From an uncultured virus (IMG/VR IMGVR_UViG_3300024303_000041) (taxonomy: Duplodnaviria > Heunggongvirae > Uroviricota > Caudoviricetes): DNA of 20,000 nucleotides. The position numbers and the translations under genes are program-made. A model generated the notes under the pieces. That model made no database searches. It was not told the DNA's origin and was given only the letters and a program-made list of their open reading frames with translations. Shown here in pieces: positions 7,471 through 15,994 of this stretch (the stretch's first letter is position 1; each line of letters begins with the position of its first letter). The stretch lies in the IMG/VR virus record IMGVR_UViG_3300024303_000041; one strand, 5' to 3'.

Positions 7471-8129
7471 ATATCATAATATTTTTTTGGGGTTCTGGTT
7501 TGGGTTTGGTGTTGGATTGTATATTATTATTAATGATGGTGTTTGTGGTGTAGGGTTGAAAAACTGGTTTTTTATGTGGTATTTTGTTTTACTTCTTATT
7601 ATATATGGGAACTTGTTTTAGTGTTGTTTATTGTGCATCAATTTTTAATAGCTTATTCATCTTGTTTAGTGTTGTTATTGTTTGGTTCTTATTTTTTTTA
7701 TCTTAAAAAATTTGGATTTTTATATAAATCGATTCATATATTATTTTTTTTTTAATTGTGGTGTTTTTAGATGGTTTTTTTATGGTGTTGTGGTTTGGTT
7801 TACTTCTTACCATTGGTACAATTTTTTTATTTTTGTTTTATGACTGTTATTTTTTCATCTAAAAAAAATTTGGCTTTTATATATTTGTTTTCTATATATA
7901 CAATTTGTTTTTAAGTTATTATGGTTGCGATTGGGCTTATTTTATGTTTTCAATAGCTTTGGAGTTATTAACCATATTTACAGAAATATATATTAATGCT
8001 TCAATCCATACATATTAAACAATCACCACAAAAAACATAATAGCTTTAAAATTCCAGTTGTATTAATTTATTTTTCCAAAAGAGAGAAAAAAAAGAGTTT
8101 AAAACCTGATAATTAACATAAATAAAAGG

Positions 8130-8483
8130 GTGTTAAACTTGACAGACAACGGAGTTTATATATTTGATAGTGAAACCGATTTTTTAAAAGTTATAGATGA
8201 ATTAAGCAAAGAATTTAAACAATCAACAGCCAATAAAACCAATGTGATTTATATTTCAAAAAAATTGGAAACAATAAACGAACTTAAAAAGGAAATAGCT
8301 ATTTTAAATCTATTTAAAATCAATGCTTTTAATGGTTACAGAACCAATAAAACTATTAGGGTTTGTTTATCTGATAATAAACAGTATATTCATATGACAT
8401 ATAGGTTTAATGCGGTTACTTGTGGTACAATTTACGATAAATTAAATCGTTACCTTAAAAAAAGGCAGAATATTTATATTTAA
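8130..8483 (+). CDS. Plasmid hypothetical protein, about 117 aa
   Basis: ORF track; start codon uncertain (GTG or TTG). Confidence 0.65.
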   Translation: MLNLTDNGVYIFDSETDFLKVIDELSKEFKQSTANKTNVIYISKKLETINELKKEIAILNLFKINAFNGYRTNKTIRVCLSDNKQYIHMTYRFNAVTCGTIYDKLNRYLKKRQNIYI

Positions 8484-8501
8484 TAATGGTGGTGCTTTGG
8501 A

Positions 8502-8675
8502 ATGGTTGAACCGATTAATTATAATGGTGTTGATGGTGTTTTTATTCCTGCTAATGAGTTTGAATATATGAAAACCACCATTAAAAAGAATGGGGAGTTA
8601 TTAAACCAGTTATTAAATAAGTTTTCAGAAGAAAACCCAACAGATTTGTTTAATATTTTGGATAGTTTTAAATAA
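8502..8675 (+). CDS. Plasmid hypothetical protein, 57 aa
   Basis: MVEPINYNGVDGVFIPANEFEYMKTTIKKNGELLNQLLNKFSEENPTDLFNILDSFK; GGTGGTG RBS-like motif upstream. Confidence 0.55.
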   Translation: MVEPINYNGVDGVFIPANEFEYMKTTIKKNGELLNQLLNKFSEENPTDLFNILDSFK

Positions 8676-8943
8676 ACAGATTATCCAACTTATTTTTTTT
8701 ATTTTTCCTTTTGAATTGTACAAAATAGCTTTAAAATTTATTCTAAAAAAAAATTAAAAACCATATATGCTTTTTTTATATTATTCACCACCTAAAAAAC
8801 TTGTACAACCCATATAAAAAATACACCCAAATATACGGCAATGTGTGTGCGGTTGCTTTTTCCAATCTTTGTGATGTATTGGGTGTAACTTCAACCTATC
8901 AATTGTTAATGTTTCATATATTAGAATAGCCATAAAATACATT

Positions 8944-9597
8944 ATGGGGCTTGAAACTGGAATAATTAAAGGAAATAAGACAAAATATTTTAATAAAACT
9001 GAAAACAAGGAAATCATTAAACATTCTAAATATGTAAACTTGGGAGTTAATAGTAACTTTAACATAGGTGATGAAGTAGTAGTATTATCTAAAAAAGAAT
9101 ATAACAGCATACTTAATGGCAATGATGATGTAGTAACATTAAACGAGAGAATAAAAGAATTAACTAATATTATTGATGATAAAGACAATATGATTAACAA
9201 TATTAATGGTGAGTTGGAGCAACTAAACAAAGAGATCAGGAACAACAATTCTGAAAACATCGGCAACATTGCCAAAATATCTGCATTAACAGAAGAACTT
9301 AAAACAGTTGAATTGGAATTAACAGAACTTAAAACAATACTTAAACAATATGATATTAACACCGCTGATGGTTTAAACAATCTGATTAAAGAGTTTAGAA
9401 TAATATTAAACTATCTTAATGATTGTGTAATAGCATATGAGAAGCAAAACAGATTAAAAAGATTCTTAAAACAAAATCCTACAATCGATATAGCTAAACC
9501 ACCAACAAACCTATTGGATTATAGGGGCAACCCATATATTAACAATGATGGTGATTATATCAACACCAATGTTAATGACTCCAATAAATCTGAATAG
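8944..9597 (+). CDS. Coiled-coil protein with a small N-terminal beta domain, 217 aa
   Basis: ORF track; heptad-rich central region (LNERIKELTNII...LTEELKTVELELTELKTIL). Confidence 0.85.
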   Translation: MGLETGIIKGNKTKYFNKTENKEIIKHSKYVNLGVNSNFNIGDEVVVLSKKEYNSILNGNDDVVTLNERIKELTNIIDDKDNMINNINGELEQLNKEIRNNNSENIGNIAKISALTEELKTVELELTELKTILKQYDINTADGLNNLIKEFRIILNYLNDCVIAYEKQNRLKRFLKQNPTIDIAKPPTNLLDYRGNPYINNDGDYINTNVNDSNKSE

Positions 9598-9779
9598 CTA
9601 CAACCTAAATGATTAATTGGTTTTATGCTCCTGCTTTTACAGAATACTTATTTTATTTGATGGTTTATTAACTGCAATACTATTGGAGCAGTTGCAATAT
9701 CTATATTATAACATTGTTAATTATTAGTTTACTTTAATCTATATTGTGCAGTTGCTATATATTAAATCACTTTATTTTA

Positions 9780-10615
9780 TTAATCTATTTGCCAATTACA
9801 TTATAATTATAAATCCAATTGATAAAATCAATAGTTACACCCATTATATTTGCATATCCAACAACCCAAATATAATTTACTTGAAACATTGGCAGTTACT
9901 GGAAATATTAACCATACTGTTTTTTTATCTGCTGATGATTCACCAGTACCATTGGCAATGGTGGTGATGATTTCCCAAAGTTTTTATTATTTGGGAAATT
10001 TCCCAAAGTTTCCCAAAGTGTATGTTTTCCAAATTTTCCCAAATTTTGACAAAATTAATAATGTTAAACAATGTTTAATTTTTTATAATAAATTACCCTA
10101 AAACTTGAACAATTAACAATTAATAAAAGTCAGATTTAACCACCCTAAAAGTTGCCAAATTTGTTGAAATTTGCCCCATATCAAATGCAATTTTTATACT
10201 TTTTTCTTAATTTTTCAAATTTTGGGAAATCCAGTTATAGAAATTTGGGGCAATTTTAATGCAACTTTGGTGTAATATTTCAATAGCTTTGGGGTTGGGG
10301 TTGTTATAATTCTTAATCCAAAGTATTAAAATTATTGTACAAGTTGGGGAAATGGTGGTTTATTGGTCGGCTTATCTGTATGTCCAGACTACCACCAAAA
10401 ATGGTGGAATTGTACAACCCATAGAATAATAGAACTTTTGGGGCAAAGTACCAAAATAATTAAAAGGTTCTTTGATAATTTGGCAACTTGCCAAAAATTC
10501 ATTATGAAACTTTTAAAATTTTGAAAATCAAGAAATTAAACAATTTTTAATATTTTGAACAATTACCAATATGGGCAGATTGCCAAAACTTCACAATAAT
10601 TGTAATTTGGATTTT
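9780..10615. repeat. Non-coding array of TT(T/G)CCCAAA/TTGCCAAA-type motifs in both orientations
   Basis: Palindrome TTTGGGAAATTTCCCAAA at 9990-10007, TTTGGCAACTTGCCAAA at 10479-10495, and more than 15 single copies. Confidence 0.65.
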
Positions 10616-10718
10616 TCACCATTAGTGTAAATTTATAAATATGGATTATGTACAAAAATAATTACTATGGTAATATGTACAATTACTATTTTAAAATAAA
10701 ATTGGATTGGTGGAAATT

Positions 10719-10916
10719 ATGACAAATACAAAAAACAACAATAACATTAAAGAAATTAGAATTAATATGACCGTTGAAAATAAAGCGTTTATGGAGTTGG
10801 TCTGCACAAGTAAAGGAATCAATAAACACGAATATATTAACAACTTGATTGATAAGGAATTAAAAAAATCTAAAATTAATTTGCCTGATGTACTGGCAGA
10901 ACTTGAAAAATTATAA
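10719..10916 (+). CDS. RHH-like protein, about 65 aa
   Basis: KEIRINMTVENKAFMELVCTSKGINKHEYINNLIDKEL pattern; TATA box TTTATAAA near 10633. Confidence 0.7.
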   Translation: MTNTKNNNNIKEIRINMTVENKAFMELVCTSKGINKHEYINNLIDKELKKSKINLPDVLAELEKL

Positions 10917-11200
10917 AAAAAAATATATTTTTTCACACTGGTTGAAGTTTCAGGAATCAACACCAACAATGCTGATGGGTTGGGCTTCTTGATCACTACG
11001 GAAAATATTAAAATTTTTATGAAATGTTTATAATTTTAATGGTTCATCTACATTAAGAATATTTTAAATTTTAAATTGAATATGTACAAATTATTTTAAT
11101 AAAAATAGCTATTGATTAATTAATTTTATTGTAATATCTGCCAATATAATTGGTGGGAATTTCAATTAAAATGATAGTTACAATATGAGGAGTTGAAACA

Positions 11201-12028
11201 ATGGCGGAATATTACAGCCTTGAAAACAAAGAGCAAACAACATTTAGAATTGATAAAAATTTATATGCTGATTTATCCAACTACGCTGATATAAAAGGAT
11301 TACACAAAGCCGAAGCAATCAACGAAATATTATTTAAGTTTTTCAAAGGTACAACCTTAACAAATACTTATTTAATGAATAGGGGAGGATTATATTTTAA
11401 AATCCCTTTGGATTTGGAAATAAAAAAGGAATTTATTAAAAATAAAACTAAATTAAATGATGATGCAACCATGAACATTATTGGTAGTAATGCAACATCT
11501 GTGAAAATAAAAAGAATCCCAAATAATTTAGATGTTTTTATTGATGGTGGCAGTGTCGGGAGTTACAAAAGCACCAAAGATGGTGTTTTACATAGTGGAG
11601 TAGATTTTATATTTATTGCAGATGTATTAAAAAAACCAAAAACGATACCAAAAAACAAACTTGATATAACTTTAACCGATAGCTTATATATTTTTTATTT
11701 TGAAGTTAAAGCAGATAACACAACCGATGTATATTTAATCAACCCCATTGAAGCCATTAATAAATTATCTGATGTAAACAATAGGATTGTTGGCGATAAA
11801 CTGGCGGAAATTGTGGCGATATTGGAGGACACCCAACAAACAACCAACTACGAGTATAAAGCAACAATGGAGAATTTATATAAAAATAATGATTATGTGA
11901 GCAGAAAAAAGGAAATTGAAGTTTTAAATACTTCTTGGCTATATATTGAAATGTTTTTAAAGGAAAATAGAGTAATTAAAAGGTTTAATGGTGATAATAT
12001 TTTAATTAGTCCATCAAGTCCAGAATAA
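11201..12028 (+). CDS. 275-aa protein with an N-terminal RHH domain and an unknown C-terminal domain
   Basis: QTTFRIDKNLYADLSNYADIKGLHKAEAINEILFKFF; RBS GAGGAG. Confidence 0.85.
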   Translation: MAEYYSLENKEQTTFRIDKNLYADLSNYADIKGLHKAEAINEILFKFFKGTTLTNTYLMNRGGLYFKIPLDLEIKKEFIKNKTKLNDDATMNIIGSNATSVKIKRIPNNLDVFIDGGSVGSYKSTKDGVLHSGVDFIFIADVLKKPKTIPKNKLDITLTDSLYIFYFEVKADNTTDVYLINPIEAINKLSDVNNRIVGDKLAEIVAILEDTQQTTNYEYKATMENLYKNNDYVSRKKEIEVLNTSWLYIEMFLKENRVIKRFNGDNILISPSSPE

Positions 12029-12341
12029 TAAAAAAAAGATAATTATGTAACTGTAAAAGGAATACTTATAAATAATATGTACAACAAAAATTATAACATA
12101 AAAATTAATAAATATAAAAAAAGTAGTTATTGGAGTTTCAAGAACCCCCATTCTTGAAAAACCATAAAAAACAATCCCGTAAAAATAGGGTTTTTAGAAA
12201 TTACTACTATTTTTATTATGAGCAATATTTAAATTGCAATCATTGAGAATGCATTTGGTATATGTTTATATAATTGGGTTTGTTGGTTTATTTACTCCTA
12301 TTTAATAGCTATTTTTTTAAAATAAAAGAGGAAAATAAAAT

Positions 12342-12599
12342 ATGAGTTACAAAACCAAAAATGGCGATGTTAAAAGCCAATTACATTTATATTTAACTCC
12401 TGAATTATACAACGAGTTAAAAGAAACTGTTTTAAAGTATAATAACAACACCTATGATAAAACCACAATTAGTGAATTAATAAGATTTCTGATTACTGAA
12501 TTTATCAAAAATTACAATACTGGTGTACATTATAAAGTTGAATTTTTGGAAAACTTACAAGAGTTTAGGGAAACCACCAAAGGCGGTGTTAAACAATGA
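12342..12599 (+). CDS. CopG/RHH-like regulator at the head of the helicase operon, 85 aa
   Basis: QLHLYLTPELYNELKE...TTISELIRFLITEF; ATGA overlap with the next ORF. Confidence 0.8.
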   Translation: MSYKTKNGDVKSQLHLYLTPELYNELKETVLKYNNNTYDKTTISELIRFLITEFIKNYNTGVHYKVEFLENLQEFRETTKGGVKQ

Positions 12600-12901
12600 A
12601 TTTAGAATTAACATCATCAACATTGATTAAAGAAATTCATAATACTTTAATGGAAAACAGCACCATTAATAATGCTATCCGCTCCAAAAAGGACAAAAGC
12701 CCAATAAGGAATAGCACAATAATTGAATTGGCATTAATTAACTTATATGAAAATATCCATAATAAAAAGGATTTTGATAATTTAATATTGAATGTGTCCG
12801 ACTTGTCAGACATAGAAGCCCCACAAGTCAATTATATTGATGACATCAACAGAATTAGGAGAGTAGAACTATTAAACGAGTTGCAGAGGTGCAATATATA
12901 A
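12596..12901 (+). CDS. Hypothetical protein, 101 aa (possibly degenerate RHH)
   Basis: ORF track; overlapping start/stop with the upstream gene; NSTIIELALINLY resembles RHH helix 2. Confidence 0.75.
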   Translation: MNLELTSSTLIKEIHNTLMENSTINNAIRSKKDKSPIRNSTIIELALINLYENIHNKKDFDNLILNVSDLSDIEAPQVNYIDDINRIRRVELLNELQRCNI

Positions 12902-12919
12902 AAACACTTAAAAACAAAT

Positions 12920-12986
12920 CTTAAAAAATAGCGGATTGGTGGGAACTTCTGAAACTGGAATTAATCCCACCAACATTGAATAATTA
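12920..12986 (-). ncRNA. Putative counter-transcribed antisense RNA (about 65 nt) against the helicase leader
   Basis: Minus-strand TTTATATA box at 13009-13016, then a 9-bp stem 12936-12944/12965-12973, then a U6 tract (A6 at 12923-12928 on +). Confidence 0.55.
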
Positions 12987-13079
12987 ATATTAATTTTTAT
13001 TCAACATCTATATAAAGTTTATTTAATATCTGCTATTTTTTGGGTTTGTTTCAGATAATTAAAAGGAGGTTTAATATTT

Positions 13080-15227
13080 ATGTTGTCTGAAATAATAGAA
13101 CCAACAATTATGGTGGCTGAATATGATAATTTTTATTTAATTTATGATGAATTGGAGTATCATTTAGGAGTTGCCAAAGAAAATACTATAATTTCACATC
13201 TGCCAGTATCAACCAAACCCCAACAATTAACAGACATATTAAACAGTGCAGATTATGACGGAATAGAAACAATAAACAACAAAAAAGATAAAACCAAAGC
13301 GGAGCAAGATTTATTATTTTTATATAGTCATATGGATTCCAATAGCTCCAACAATGGTGAAAACATATTATTTGAATTAATCACAATACTTGCGGATATT
13401 TCAGAAGAAATAAAACAAAACGGCAGTAGCTCCACCAATAAGGATATTTTAAACAATATCAATGATGACAAAGTAATCAGCAAAATTAAAGAATTATCAG
13501 AAGCCAAAACCATTGAAAAGAATAGCAAAATATTTTTAGCTGATGGAGGAAAAAAAGGGGATATAATACAAGTAAAGAATAACAAAGAACTAAAAGAGGG
13601 TTTATACTATGAAAAAATGATTAAAAAAGGTGATGATTACGAACCCCATTATACATTAATAGGAAATATCACCATACAAGAATTAAAATTAACTTACGAT
13701 AAGTTAAATTTATTTACACCAGTTACAACAATAAAATACACCAATACAACAACCAACCAAACTGTAACATTAGAGAAAAAGCCATATGAAGCAATAGCTA
13801 ACAATTTAATAAATGATAGGTTGATTGATTCAAATAGTTTAGGAGTTGAAAACCTATTAAATAAAATATGGGTTCAGGGAGTCAATAAGATTGATTTCAT
13901 AACTGCTGAAACAGATTTATTAAAAGATGGCTTCTTTATGGATATGGAAAACAATAAAGTATTATCAAACAATGTGTTTAATGATTTAGAAACCACCCCA
14001 AAAGATATAAAAGAAGCTATAAAGTTATTTAATGAGTTAATTAAAAATCGTGGAACTGCTATTCCCAATGATTGCACATTATTTAGGTTTATGCTTTGGA
14101 GTCCTTTTGCATACTGCCTGAAACAATTGGGCTTTACTGATGGGCTTTATAGTATGGTTTTATGGGGAGTAACTGACACCAACAAAACTGGATCAAGTGT
14201 TATGTTTTCAAATTTGTATACTGATAAAGATATAACATTACAAAAAGCCAACACCCAAAGTGCAATAGGTACAAGGTTGGGGGAAAATACATTCCCTTTA
14301 ATCCTTGATGAAGCCAAAGACAATTTAACCAACCCCAATGATGAGGAATTTAACAAAAACATTGTTACTGATGATATAGGGAGAGCAGTTAAAGACAGAA
14401 CCAATAATAATTTAATGGTTAGTTTTCCAGCTTTGCGATTAACTGTAAGGACATTAAACCAAGATATTGAGTATAAAGATGAGTTTTTAAAAAGGCACAA
14501 GGTTTTATATTATGATGGCAGTATGCAGGTTAAAGAAGCCGACAAACTGGAATTTAACAAGAAATATAAACCAAATAGCCCCGCAACTCCATTGCATCAG
14601 TTAAATCATATAGGCAAAGCATTTGCAGAAAGGTTTATCCCATACCTTGAAAGCCAATCCGATGAGTTATACGATTTGGAGGACTTAACAATAAAGATAT
14701 TGGAGCAAATTGAAAAAGATTTCCAAGTTTCATTTAATCTGAATACTAAAATTAAACAGAAATTAACCAACCAAAGCAGAGATACTGGAAGTATTATAAA
14801 AACTGGCTTAAATAAAATGTTTACCAGTAGTTATAAAATCCCATATGGTCGCAGTCATTATGACATAGATGATTTTATAAACAGCACAGATGTTGGGGCT
14901 GTCAGGTGGCTTGATTATCAGCCAAAGAACAAAGTATTTATTATCAAGGTTAATGAGTTTGAACAAGACATAACAAAAATTGTGGGGGAACATAAACCAA
15001 TAGCTGAAACAATGGAACTGTTAAACATCAAGTATGACAATAACAATGGGAAAAACATTAAATTTAGAGGTATTCCAACAAAAGCAGTTAAATTGTCAAT
15101 CTTTGATTTAACATACAAGTTATTTAATATAAGAGTATCAGAATTTGAAGAATTACAAGCCGAAGAAGAAGAAAAGGAACAGAGAGAAGCAGAAGCAAAC
15201 CAAATACTAAACAGAGAATCAATATAA
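13080..15227 (+). CDS. Putative plasmid replicative helicase/Rep, AAA+ ATPase of DUF927/Cch-like type, 715 aa
   Basis: Walker A-like MVLWGVTDTNKTGS, Walker B FPLILDEA, sensor-like RTLN and arginine-finger-like FLKR. Strong AAGGAGGT RBS. Adjacent to iterons. Confidence 0.75.
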   Translation: MLSEIIEPTIMVAEYDNFYLIYDELEYHLGVAKENTIISHLPVSTKPQQLTDILNSADYDGIETINNKKDKTKAEQDLLFLYSHMDSNSSNNGENILFELITILADISEEIKQNGSSSTNKDILNNINDDKVISKIKELSEAKTIEKNSKIFLADGGKKGDIIQVKNNKELKEGLYYEKMIKKGDDYEPHYTLIGNITIQELKLTYDKLNLFTPVTTIKYTNTTTNQTVTLEKKPYEAIANNLINDRLIDSNSLGVENLLNKIWVQGVNKIDFITAETDLLKDGFFMDMENNKVLSNNVFNDLETTPKDIKEAIKLFNELIKNRGTAIPNDCTLFRFMLWSPFAYCLKQLGFTDGLYSMVLWGVTDTNKTGSSVMFSNLYTDKDITLQKANTQSAIGTRLGENTFPLILDEAKDNLTNPNDEEFNKNIVTDDIGRAVKDRTNNNLMVSFPALRLTVRTLNQDIEYKDEFLKRHKVLYYDGSMQVKEADKLEFNKKYKPNSPATPLHQLNHIGKAFAERFIPYLESQSDELYDLEDLTIKILEQIEKDFQVSFNLNTKIKQKLTNQSRDTGSIIKTGLNKMFTSSYKIPYGRSHYDIDDFINSTDVGAVRWLDYQPKNKVFIIKVNEFEQDITKIVGEHKPIAETMELLNIKYDNNNGKNIKFRGIPTKAVKLSIFDLTYKLFNIRVSEFEELQAEEEEKEQREAEANQILNRESI

Positions 15228-15751
15228 ATGGTTGAAATATTAAAGGTAGTGCCTTTCTACCTACTTTCTACCTATTTTCTACCTAACTGGCTACCTTGAA
15301 AAACAAATCTAATAGCTCCAATGATTAAATAAACAATAAATAAATAAATAAATGCTTATAAGTATATATTTATTTATAATTATACACCCCTATAATTGTT
15401 TGAGTTATTGGATTTAATAGGTAGTTTGCAAGGTAGAAATATAGGGGGTCTGTATTTTTTTAAAATTTCTACCTTGAAACACGAAAAACCATTAATATTG
15501 CTTCAATTGATAATTAGGGCAATATTAGGGAGTTTCCCAAAGTAGAATTTAGGTAGAAATTGCTTCTACCTTTGGTATTTTTTCATCTACTTTGGAAAAT
15601 TATGTCTGCCAATGATTGTGCATACTACCCAAATTGTGAGTTATGCAAAAGCGGTGAAAAATGTATTTTAAAATTTCCAAAAGTCAATAAAGACATCTTA
15701 AAATTAATAATTTGGGAAATTGAATATAAACAACACCATAACAAACCAATT
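14580..15751 (+). repeat. Right copy of the 1,172-bp direct repeat
   Basis: Matches 5708-6879 at offset 8,872. Confidence 0.97.
15228..15601. promoter_or_regulatory. Putative plasmid replication origin, copy 2
   Basis: Same sequence as 6356-6729. Confidence 0.7.
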
Positions 15752-15781
15752 AAAACAAACCATCACTATAAAAAACACTAA
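15602..15781 (+). pseudogene. 3'-truncated copy of the Cys-rich protein gene
   Basis: Identical to ORF 6730 up to ...HHNKPI (15751), then reads into flanking sequence (KTNHHYKKH*). Confidence 0.75.
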
Positions 15782-15820
15782 AAAGATTAATAATAACTAA
15801 TCAAAGGAGTTAAATATATT

Positions 15821-15994
15821 ATGTTATCTAGAAAAATTTATTATAAAACCCGCTATAATAGGGACTTAAGAACCACCCCAAAGGCAAAACTAATATTAAA
15901 AATTAAACTTAAAAATCAATTGGATTATAAGCTATTAAACCATTATATATTCAATGGAACCAGCACCACCAAAAGGAGGCATAAACAATTATAA
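15821..15994 (+). CDS. Basic viral hypothetical protein, 57 aa
   Basis: MLSRKIYYKTRYNRDLRTTPKAKLILKIKLKNQLDYKLLNHYIFNGTSTTKRRHKQL; AAGGAGTT RBS like the early genes left of the insertion. Confidence 0.55.
   Translation: MLSRKIYYKTRYNRDLRTTPKAKLILKIKLKNQLDYKLLNHYIFNGTSTTKRRHKQL

Larger units (their letters stand above)
5708..15751. mobile_element. Integrated plasmid-like replicon: 8,872-bp unit plus 1,172-bp duplicated segment
   Basis: Direct repeats at a constant 8,872-bp offset. Circularising the unit leaves the helicase and the Cys-rich ORF both intact. Content is plasmid-like (helicase, RHHs, iterons), with no virion genes. Confidence 0.85.

Noticed and set aside
7543..7755. 70-aa hydrophobic ORF
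   Set aside because: It arises from a G/T-rich low-complexity tract and has a TTG start with no clear RBS.
8781..9380. 199-aa minus-strand ORF, and other antisense ORFs (772, 4195, 5936, 6046, 12637, 13328, 13874, 14147, 14808, 14918, 17762, 18460, 19574)
   Set aside because: These are shadow frames opposite well-supported + strand genes, with biased composition.
9746..10101. ORFs 9746-9967 and 9850-10101
   Set aside because: They overlap, have non-ATG starts, and translate the repeat motifs (FPKFPK).
5708..15751. Composite transposon with IS copies at the ends, or an att-site integrative element
   Set aside because: The 1,172-bp repeat encodes no transposase and shows no terminal inverted repeats or target duplication. 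It cuts through two genes, and no recombinase is recognisable.
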